Positions 1 to 9,515 of a DNA stretch of 64,000 nucleotides are shown in pieces. Positions within the stretch are counted from its first letter, which is position 1. Each line of letters begins with the position of its first letter. The stretch is from Fonticula alba ATCC 38817 (taxonomy: Eukaryota > Protista > Nucleariida). Made by a program: the position numbers and the translations under genes. Location of the stretch: NCBI GenBank assembly GCA_000388065.2, contig KB932208.1; one strand, given 5' to 3'. The notes under the pieces are model-generated. The model made no database searches. It was not told the origin of the DNA and was given only the letters and a program-made list of their open reading frames with translations.

Positions 1-1271
1 TGCAGCCGGGCCACACCCTCCGAGTCGAGGTCCCTCCCCGACAGGCGGGTCACCTGCTCGGTGTACAGCGCCGGCCCATGCGCGTCGAAGGTGGTCTGCT
101 CCAGCCGCACCAGGGGGCTCGGCCCGGCCTGCGACACCGACCCCGTCACCAGGACCTCCCGCAGCCCGGGCAGCCGATCCACACGCACGCGCGGCACCAC
201 CAGATCCACATACTCCGGCAGGTGGGCCGCCAGGGCCTGGGACACCTCGCGACGAGGCGCCGACAGCAGCAACGCCATGTGGTCCAGGGCCAGGGCCGGG
301 GCCACGGTGCACAGCGCCCGTAGGCGGGCCATGCTCAGCCGGCCCCCGGGCTCCGAGGCCCGGCCCATGGCCTGCGGCAGGTGCAGCTCCAGCAGGGCCG
401 CCACCTGCCCCCGGTCCAAGCCCACCAGCCGCCCCAGCAGCGGGTTCGGAATGGGCGGATCCCGCTGCGCCAGCGTCGCCAGGTCCTCGAATGCCGGGTC
501 CCCGGGCCGGACCTCGGGCCGCGCCTGGTCCGACGGCCGCCCCGGCCGGCCGATGGCAAACCTCGGCCCATACCGCGCCAATAGCACGCGCACCGACGCG
601 CGATCCATGCCCAGCAGTCGGCCCATGGTGGCCACCTCGACCGCCGGCTGTGACAGCCCCGCCAGGCGCAGGAACAGCCGGAAGTCCGCCACGCTGTCGA
701 ACCCCTGCGGCAGGGGCTCCCGGCCCTCGGCGATGGCCCGGCACAGACGCTCCCCGCGCCCGGGGGCCACCGCTCGCGGCGGCTCATCCCGGCTCCCGGC
801 CCGCCGGGCGGCCCCCCCCATGCCGGGGGAAGGCCCGTCAGGGGTGGACAAAGTGGCCCCGGCATTGGCCACAGCGAGCCCGGCGCGAGGACCGGTCCGA
901 CCATCGGCCGGAGCCTCGCCGGCAGCGATGGGAGCAGCTACCGAGCCGGGATGCGGGCCCGGCCGCCGGTCGGCCGGCAGACCCCCTCCCCGAGTCACAC
1001 CCGGCAGATGGCCGGCAACATCGTCCAAAGAGCGGGGAGTCGCGCCCGCCGAAGGGGGCTCTCGGTCGGCCGGGGCATCCCCCCGGCCGGCAGTGCTACC
1101 CGGGCGTTCGGCCGCCCCATCCCCGCCACATCGATCCGCCACGCTCCGACGGCGTCGCTGGTCTTCGCCGTCCCGCCGACCGGCAGCGCCCTGGTCGGGC
1201 TCCGGCCGGCGACGCCCGGCCAGCTGGGACCACCGATCGCCAGATGGCCCGGGCACCCGGCCCGTTGACAT
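1..1271 (-). CDS. Hypothetical protein with three tandem helix-turn-helix-like repeats (3'-partial, runs off window edge)
   Basis: Manual translation from ATG 1271 (in-frame ATGs also at 1295 and 1328) stays open to position 1. It is absent from the ORF track, presumably because no stop lies in the window. Repeats: VATMGRLLGMDRASVRVLLARY, NPLLGRLVGLDRGQVAALLELH, LDHMALLLSAPRREVSQALAAH. C/G-ending codons as in neighbouring genes. Confidence 0.65.
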   Translation of the reverse strand, partial: MSTGRVPGPSGDRWSQLAGRRRPEPDQGAAGRRDGEDQRRRRSVADRCGGDGAAERPGSTAGRGDAPADREPPSAGATPRSLDDVAGHLPGVTRGGGLPADRRPGPHPGSVAAPIAAGEAPADGRTGPRAGLAVANAGATLSTPDGPSPGMGGAARRAGSRDEPPRAVAPGRGERLCRAIAEGREPLPQGFDSVADFRLFLRLAGLSQPAVEVATMGRLLGMDRASVRVLLARYGPRFAIGRPGRPSDQARPEVRPGDPAFEDLATLAQRDPPIPNPLLGRLVGLDRGQVAALLELHLPQAMGRASEPGGRLSMARLRALCTVAPALALDHMALLLSAPRREVSQALAAHLPEYVDLVVPRVRVDRLPGLREVLVTGSVSQAGPSPLVRLEQTTFDAHGPALYTEQVTRLSGRDLDSEGVARL

Positions 1272-2041
1272 GGCACGGCTGCCTACCACCAACATGCGAC
1301 CAAAGGCCACGCGGGTGCATGTCAGCATTGACAGGGATGCGCGTCCAGGACCGAGGGGGGCACGTTCAAAAGGCCGGGGGGACGGGCAGGCAGGGAAAGG
1401 AGAAAGGAGGCAGGCACCGGACAGAGAGAGAGAGAGAGAGAGGGCGCGGAAAGGAAGGGGCAAGCTACATGCCAAGTCCCGAAGGGGCAGCCATGCCGCG
1501 TCCCGCGCGCTGATAAGTCCCCCCTGCCTTCTTTGCCGCCTCCCGGCCCCGGCCAGAGCCCATAACCACGTAAGCGGTCCGAGGGCCCGGCCGCGGCCCC
1601 ATGCACCGATCGCCCGATCGCTCGTCCCGCTGTCCCCCCGCCCCCCGATTCGGGGGCGCACACACGTGTACACACACACACGCACACACGCAAGGCGCCA
1701 GTCCCCCAGGCTGGCTGGCAAAGAACCGGGGCCGGTCCGGGCTGTGCGTGGGCACCTCGTCCAATCTGAGCACCAAGGCTTCAGCCGCTGTCCCCCGTCC
1801 CCCCCGCCCCCGGACCTCCTATCCCGTCCAACGCCTCGACACTGACACGACGGCCAAAAAAGGCGGCAGGCGCGGCACATTTGTATTTCTGGCGTCCCAG
1901 CCACGGCGCGGCACCAGCGCTCCCGGCGCCCATGGCCGCTTGGTTGACGCCATCAGGAGACGGCCACCAGGGGGGGGAGGGGGGGCTCGCTCTACGCGAT
2001 GGCACCCGCCCCCCGCCCGCGGCAACATGTGTGGGGGTCCT

Positions 2042-4578
2042 TCAATTTCCGGGCGTCAGGGATTTGAGCCACGCCTTGGCCGCCGCATGGATGTCCTTGG
2101 TGTGTTCCCGGTTTCGGGCGTACACGCGCAGGCGATACTCGATAAAGGGGCCGTCCAGGTCGGGCAGCGGCGTGTCGCGGGGCAGCAGCAGCAGCTCTTC
2201 ACCCCGGCAAGAGAGGAGGCAGTCAAGGGGAGGAAAGAAAAGAAAAGAAGGAAGCGGCGAGGCCTCCCCGTGTTAGATGATGCACAGCGGGAGAGGGGCC
2301 CAGCCGAACGCGCGCACATGTGCCCGTTTTTAAGCACGTACTGTCCGGCTTGTCCTTGGAGAAGAAGAGCACCTTGACCATCGGGTCGTTCTCCTTGTCA
2401 CCGTGGTGGATGGATGCCAAATCCACATGGAAATCGTCCCTCTTTCATGGCGCACACCGGGAGGGTGAGACGTCTTTCCGGCCGGATGCATGGCGGAGGG
2501 CAGAAAGAAGGGGAAGGACAGCGAAAAAAAAAAAAGACAAAAGAAAACACACGACCGGGGCAAGCAGGTCGCGCGTCAGCCCGCCCCCACCGGCGAACAT
2601 ACCCGGAGCTTCTCGGTGCTGTCCTTCTCAAGGATCTGGTTCTTGAGCCCATCCTCCTTGGCCGCGCGGGTCTGATACAGTTTCCGTGTTGTGAATCCCA
2701 TCGGCGCACCGGGAGACCGACCTTCAGGTCAGCAACAGCGCCCGGGCCATGAGGCGGAAGGGGCCCGCTCCGATCCCCCCACACCCCCCCCCCCCCACCC
2801 CCCCCCCCCTTGCACATGCGGCGTACGCACCAGATCCCGGTACAGGGTCCTGTTGTAGAACACCTTCTCGAAGGCCAACTGATAGAGGTCGCGCTTGCGG
2901 ATGCGCTCCACCAGGCCCCGGGCCTGGGCCATGCTCTTGAAGTGCTCGGACTCGCTGTTCTTGTCGCACGGCTCCGGGTCGCCACACATGCACCGCCAGC
3001 CGTGGGCCGCCGACGCGGCAATCTGGTCCAGGATGCCGTCGGTCAAGTGCACATACATGGCCGGGTTGTGGACCATGCTTGAAATGCGCAGGGCCCCGTC
3101 GGCCTTCAGTAGCGCATCCACCACCATCAGGTTGATGGCCTCGGCTGCATGTGCCATCGCGGGGGGACCGAAGTCCAGAGGTACACGGGAGTACACAGAA
3201 GCATGGAGAAGCAGAAAAAAAACCCCAGAAGCACGCAGAGACAGACAAACACACAGATACACACATACATGACGGCGGCAGCGGGTTAGAGATGCAACAG
3301 CCACACGGCAAAGCAGAAGCCATGGCCCATATGACGCACAGACGCGATGCGTGTACACATGCTTGAACAGGTTGAAGCGCGTCTGGAACATCAGCCGCAG
3401 GTTGGGGAACTCCTTCTCCGGGAAGGCGATCTGCCCCTCGACAATGCGCGCGCTGTTCACCAGGCGCATGGGGTTGTACGCGGTCTGGGCCCCGGCATTG
3501 TAGGTGTCCCGGCGGAAGTAATCAAACCGGTCCACATCGATGCCGGTGTCGTCATTGGCCACGATCTGGAAGAGGAAGCGCACTTCCGGCGAGGCATACC
3601 GCTTCAGGCTGGCCGGCACGTCGGCCTGAGCGCGCAGGCCCTTCCCACTGTCGATGACGGCCTTCACCAGGCCCGGGCTGAAGGGGATGTCGCCATTCTG
3701 CTTGGACTTGAGCCACATCAAGCCATCGGCATCCTCCTGAAGACCCAGGTACCGCAGCAGATCGTCGAGCATGTCCACCGACCCTTTCTCATGCGTCCAG
3801 TGGTCGCCCTTCGGCGCGTCGCTGGGTCATCCCATTGTCCCCGGTCATCCCGCGCCCCGCGCGCGCGCGAGCATCCACCGCCCACAGCATGGTGTTAGTA
3901 TGCCCCGGCAGAAGGAAGCATCCCCCCCCCCCCCGCCCCCTGGCCCCATGTGGCCGAGTGCAAGCGCCCACACACACACACACACACACACGTACACAGC
4001 CCGGAGCATGAAGTTCCCATCAAACAGGTGGCTAAAGGGCCCGTGCCCCAGATCATGGCACAGCCCGGCGATGATCAGGCTGGTGCGTACTGCCAGGAAG
4101 TCCAGCCCGGCGAAGGCCCCCGGCTGCGTGGCCCACAGCCGATCCACCAGCGTCCGGGTCAGATGGCCCACCCCGAGCGAATGCTCGAAGCGCGTGTGCG
4201 CCGCGCTCGGGAACACGTACGACGTGATGCCCAGCTGCTTCAGGCCCCGCAGCCGCTGGAAGTGCGGCGTGTCCACGATCTGGAAGAAGTACTGCCCCCG
4301 GTCGGTCGGCACGACGGGACCAAAGGCCCAAGCAAGGGCACGAAGGAAATACATGACCACCATCAGCACCGGGCCCAAGAGGAAGGTGGCACATCCGCCC
4401 GCCCGCGTGGAGGCGCAGCAGGGGAGAAGAGGAAAAGGACACATGGGGCGAGCGAGCGAGCGAGAGAGAAAGGCAGTACCTCTTCCAGGGCGTAGTCGTT
4501 GTGGATGCTGTCGTTCAGAGTGCGCAGCTCATGGTTGATGGACACCCCGGGAGGGAGGGGCTCGGACTTGGAGACCAT
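2042..4578 (-). CDS. SAMHD1: SAMHD1-like HD-domain dNTP triphosphohydrolase, copy 1 (no SAM domain), 7 exons
   Basis: Exons approx. 4578-4480, 4291-3996, 3821-3340, 3144-2831, 2671-2603, 2441-2342, 2196-2042, with consistent phases. Motifs [75 protein letters not shown] and EYRLRVY match the SAMHD1 HD family. Confidence 0.93.
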
Positions 4579-5465
4579 GGCCGAGGGTGTGCGTGGAGAG
4601 AAGGGATGTGCGTGTGAATGTGTGCACGCGCACGGGAAAGACCGAAAGAAAGAGGCAAGATGGAGTGAAATCCGATGCCAGGCCACGCCCGGGGCCCCAG
4701 CGTCATTTATATGCCGCCCTTGCCCCGGGCCATCAGGCGGACCGAGGCCGGCGCCCGGGCGATCGAGCGACGGGCCGCCCCCGGGGCCTCGCCGGGCAGA
4801 TCGCTGGCCCCGCCCCGCCCCGTCCCGCCCCCCAGTCGCGTCCATCGCCCTCGCGACTCATGCGGCCTGGTGTGTGCTGCTCGGGTTTCGTGCCTCCGGC
4901 CGGCCCCCCGCTCCGTTCTCGGCAAAGAGCAAACACCCGGGGCGCGCCAGGCGTGTGTCTGGCGCCATTGGCCCCCCCCCCCCCCCCCGCCGCCGTCGTC
5001 CGACCAGCCAATGTGCGTTCGGCCGGTAGACACACAACAAACGCCGGTAGGCCCCCGCCCCGAGGCACGTGCATCAACGCCCGCCGAGCCCAGTATATTT
5101 ACTGCCCAGGAGGAGCCGACCGCATGATGCCAGCGCACGGAGGGACCATCCAAGGCAGGCACACACATCCAGCCCCCTGCCGACCCCTGCGGGGGAAAAC
5201 AAACAGAGCATTTTCGCGACGCGGGGTCGTGGCCCCCGTATCATGAGCCGACGTCGTCGGTCACATGCACCCATGAGCGCCGGACCCCCCGATTGGCACC
5301 GGCATCAAGCACCAGGCCCACGGGTCGGCCATGCTCAGAGGGGCCATGCTGAGAGCCCGCCAGGCGAGAGGCATTAATTCAGAACAGGGAGCGTGTCCGC
5401 GGCGCCTGCCTGCGGGGGGTGTGCGCCCGCGCCGGGGCACCCCGCGGTCGGCCGCCGCGCGTGGC

Positions 5466-7963
5466 CTACCGGCGAGGCGCCGCCCCTTGGGCCCGGGTTC
5501 TCTGGTGCTCGAACCACTCCCTCGTCGCCTGGTGGATGCGGGCCTTGTCCTGCTTGTTGCGCACATACACGCGCACTCGGTACTCCCCGAAGGGTCCCTT
5601 GAAATCCGACGCGACACTGCCGGACCTGTCCAGCAGCCCTTTGCGCGGGGGGGGGCCGGCCATTCGGTCGATGGTTCGGTCGATGGTTGAATGTTGATCG
5701 AGTCGATGGTCCAGCCAGTTGTACAGTCACCCAAGCGGCCAATCGTTCGGTCAGTTGTCTAGCCAGTTGCTTGGCCAATCAGCCGCTCGCTTGGCCATTG
5801 CACAGTACGATGCACCTCCCCCCTCCACAGCCAGAGGGCCGCCCACGGCCAAAAGGCGGTCACCCGCACGCCCCCATCCCCTCGGCCGCGGAGGACGCAC
5901 TGTCCGGGTCTTCCTTGCCGAAGAACAGCACCTTCCGCATGGGGTCCTCCGCCCTGGCCCCATGGTGAATGGTGGCCAGCTGCACATGCATGTGGTCCTG
6001 CGCGAGCGGCACCCCCCGTCGAGGCAGGCCCGGTTAGCCGGGCACACAATGCGGCCACCGTGGCCCGTCACCTGCAGCGTTTCCCCGCCCTCCTCGCCCG
6101 CCCGGCCCGCCGCGTGTGTCACACCTACCATCGCCGGGTCCGCTGTGCTCTGGAGGATTTCGCTCTTGAGTGCCTCCTCGCCAATGGCCGCCAGGTGGGC
6201 GCTCTGCACCCGGCCAGCCATCGGCCACCGGCCGCCGTCCAGGTCAGTGAAATGCCCGACCGCCGCCTGCGAAGAGCCCGCCGCCCGCCCTGCCCCCCAC
6301 ACCCACGCACATGCGCGGGCATGTGCAACACGCGCACCAGGCTCCCATGCAGCGCATGGTCATAGAACACCTCCTCGAAGGCCAGCTTGTAGAGGTCGCG
6401 CGTGCGGATGCGCTCGACCAGGGCCCGGGCCCGGGCCATGCCCTTGGCATGCCGCGACTCGCGGTTGTCCGCGCAATTGTCCCGGGCGTCGCACTGGCAC
6501 CGCCACCGGCGCGTGCCCGACGCCGCAATCTCATCCAGAATCCCATCATTCAAGTGCATGTACGCCGCCGGGTCATGGATCATGCTGGAAATGCCCAGCG
6601 CCCCGTCGGCCTCCAGCAGCGCGTCCACCGCCATCAGGTTGACGATCTCCGCTGCAATGGTCCCCGGGCCCTTGCGACGCATTAGTGCCCGGAGCCTCCT
6701 GCCGGTGGATCGTGCATCTCCCGCCCCCGCCCCCCGCCCCCGCCTTGGCCTGGACCCTGACGACACGCACACACCCGGTGCGTGTACACCTGCCTGAACA
6801 GGCTGAAGCGCGTCTGAAACAGCAGCCGCAAGTTGAAGAACTCCTTCTCCGGGAAGGCGATCTGCCCCTGGACAATGCGCGCGCTGTTCACCAGGCGCAT
6901 GGCCACGTAGCTCACCTGCGACCCGGCGTTGTAGGAGTCCCGGCGGAGGTAGTCAAACCGGTCGACATCCACCCCGGTATCGTCGTTGGCCACGATCTGG
7001 AAGATGAACCGCACCTCGGGCCTGGTGTATGGGGCCAGGCTGCCCGGGGCAGGGGCCAGCCCCCCGGGGCCGCCGGCGATGATGGCCTTCACCAGCTCCG
7101 GATGGAAGGCTGCCGGCGCGGCCCGGCCAAAGGTCACCACCCCCTGGGCATTCGGCTCCAGACGCAGGAACCCGAGCAAATGGTCGAACATATCGACCGA
7201 GCCCTTTTCGTGCCTCCACGCCGGCGCCCGGGGGCGGCCATCGGCCTGGTGCCGGGCGCTGTGCCGGCCATGTGCCCACATCGGGCCCGGCGCCCGCCCG
7301 ATCTCGTGCATGGGGTCAGCTTGGTTGCCTCGGGCATGGCGGATGATGGGCCGCGCCCGGAGGATGCCCCGAACGCACGCGGCCCGGGGGAGGAAGTTCC
7401 CATCAAACAGGTGGCTAAAGGGCCCGTGCCCCAGGTCATGGCACAGCCCGGCGATGATCAGGCTGTTGCGCACCACCGGGAAGTCCAGCCCGGCGAAGGC
7501 CTCCGGCTGCGTGGCCCACAGCCGATCCACCAGCGTCCGGGTCAGGTGGCCCACCCCGAGCGAATGCTCGAAGCGCGTGTGCGCCGCGCTCGGGAACACG
7601 TACGACGTCACGCCCAGCTGCTTCAGGCCCCGCAGCCGCTGGAAGTGCGGCGTGTCCACGATCTGGAAGAAGTACTGCCGCCGGTCGGTGGCCCGCGGCC
7701 GCCCCCCCCCCCGGCCACCGCCGTGAGGGTACACCCGCGCGTCAGTGTACGCCTCCCTAAACACCCATGCGGCTGGGCTAGCGCGTGTTACACCCCCCCC
7801 CCCCCCATCGGCCACCGGTCCGAGGTACCTCCTCCAGCAGATAATCCCCATGGATGCTGTCATTCAGGTTCCGGAGTTTGTAGCGTGGCTGCCGCCCGGC
7901 GCGGTCGCCGTCAGGAGCCTCCACTCGCACGGCCGCCGGCCCTGGCATGCCCTCAGCCGTCAT
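5466..7963 (-). CDS. SAMHD1: SAMHD1-like HD-domain dNTP triphosphohydrolase, copy 2 (no SAM domain), 7 exons
   Basis: Same intron positions and phases as copy 1 (exons approx. 7963/7948-7829, 7674-7379, 7258-6771, 6651-6338, ~6200-6129, ~5998-5901, ~5638-5466). Motifs [68 protein letters not shown]. Confidence 0.93.
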
Positions 7964-9515
7964 GGTGTTTGTACTTGGTGCTGTGCCTGCCGCGCGTCAA
8001 TGGTGTGGCGCGCCGGTGTGTCAGAGGGATGGGCGGGTGTTTGAGCGTGAATGCGTTCGCGAGACAGGGGCCAGGCAGGGGAGGAGGAAGGCCGATTTTT
8101 CTGGGCCACTCACATCCCAGCAGGGCCTCCTCGCTCAAGTATCCCGCGCCGCGCGCCCCTCCCCCTGGGCCCCTCCCCCCGGCGTGTGTGTGTGTGTGTG
8201 TGCGTGGCGCCCGGCCGCCCCTCGCCGCACGCTGGCCGCCGAGAGTGCCCCACGCCAGGGGGCTCCCGGCGCCCCAGCCGAGGCTCGCCTCTCGGCTGAC
8301 AACCGCCCGGGCGCCCTGCCGTGGGTTGTCATCGCGGGGCGGAGTGGGGAAAGCAAATAGCTAAGCCCCCGACATGGGGCCGGACGCCCCCCCTCCCCCG
8401 TCCCTTCCCCCTCGGCGTGCTACCTTCGTGCTTGCACGGCCGCCGGCAGAGCCGCCCATCGCCGCACGGCATGGGCCATGCTTCTCGGCAGGATGCAGCG
8501 ACACCACGCAAAGGGGGCACCCGAGCCGGCCCGGCGATCGGGCCGACCCTCTCTGGCCCGCAGCGGCGCCGGCCACCAGCCAGCCATCAATTGTGGGGTG
8601 ACACATTGTCCGATTTCCCCCCCCGGCGGTCGACGACGCTCGTCGGGTGGGCGAAAGGCACGGGGATCAGGCGCGGCGGCCCCGTGGACGCTCACGTGCC
8701 ACCGGCGGGTTAAGACCGGGCGCGGCCGTAAACCCACCCTGCCCTTGGTTGGCTTGTTGCAGCCGCCGCCGCCGCCGCCACCGGAGAACGCCCGGCCGTG
8801 TTTACCACACTTTGTCAGAGGTATTCAACATTCCCCCCCGCCCAGCGGCGGGTCCCGCCGCAAGGCGCGGCGCGCGAGGCTGCCGAGGCCGGGGCCCCGG
8901 GCCGTCGGTCGGGCCATGCCGGTCGGGCTTGGGCCGGGCGTGCTCGATCGCCCGGAGAAGGGCCCCTGTCCCCTCGCGCCCCCCCCCCCCCCCCGATCGG
9001 GGCTTCGATCGGCGCCAGATCGCGCAGCGCCGATCTCCCTCGCGGCACGCCCCTCCCTCCGGCCACCCGGCACGGCCCGGGCCTCCTGCTACCGCCCAAG
9101 TGGCTGCGACAGGGCCCCACAGCAGGCAACGAGCCCTCGCGCGCCGGCCACATCTGCCGGATGTCCCCGGAGACGGCATCGCATTGGGAAGGGCATATCG
9201 CCCCGGCCACCGATCGGCCGGCCTGCGGGTCGCCCTCATCTGCGGGGCTGACCGTCTCTGCTGCCCCGGGGCCCCCCTTCCCCCTGCCAGGCGGCCCCGG
9301 GCGGCTCCTCTCGGCCCCGGTCATGCCTCCCGCCCGGGGCAGCGCATGCGAGGGGCGTGTTCTTTTTGGGTGCCCAGCCCGACCCCCACCGCCTGCTCCT
9401 CCCCCCCGCAGATGGCACCGCCCTCCTCCCCTCCTCTCCCCCCCCCCCGCCCCCGCCCCCTGTTTGTGCCCCGTCCCACCTGTCGGGGCCCATTCGCTCA
9501 CCCCCCGCCCCCCCC

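Noticed and set aside
61-1845. Plus-strand ORFs of 594 and 340 aa at the window start
   Set aside because: R/P/S-rich shadows of the minus-strand HTH-repeat frame, which has the better codon usage and a recognisable pattern.
2042-7963. SAMHD1 pair as a recent bacterial transfer or contaminant
   Set aside because: Six shared spliceosomal introns, host-like codon usage and eukaryote-type motifs.
8590-8830. Hairpin-rich intergenic segment (e.g. cgacga-cgc-tcgtcg) as a structured ncRNA
   Set aside because: No RNase P/MRP, SRP or snRNA signature found; short stems are expected at this GC content.
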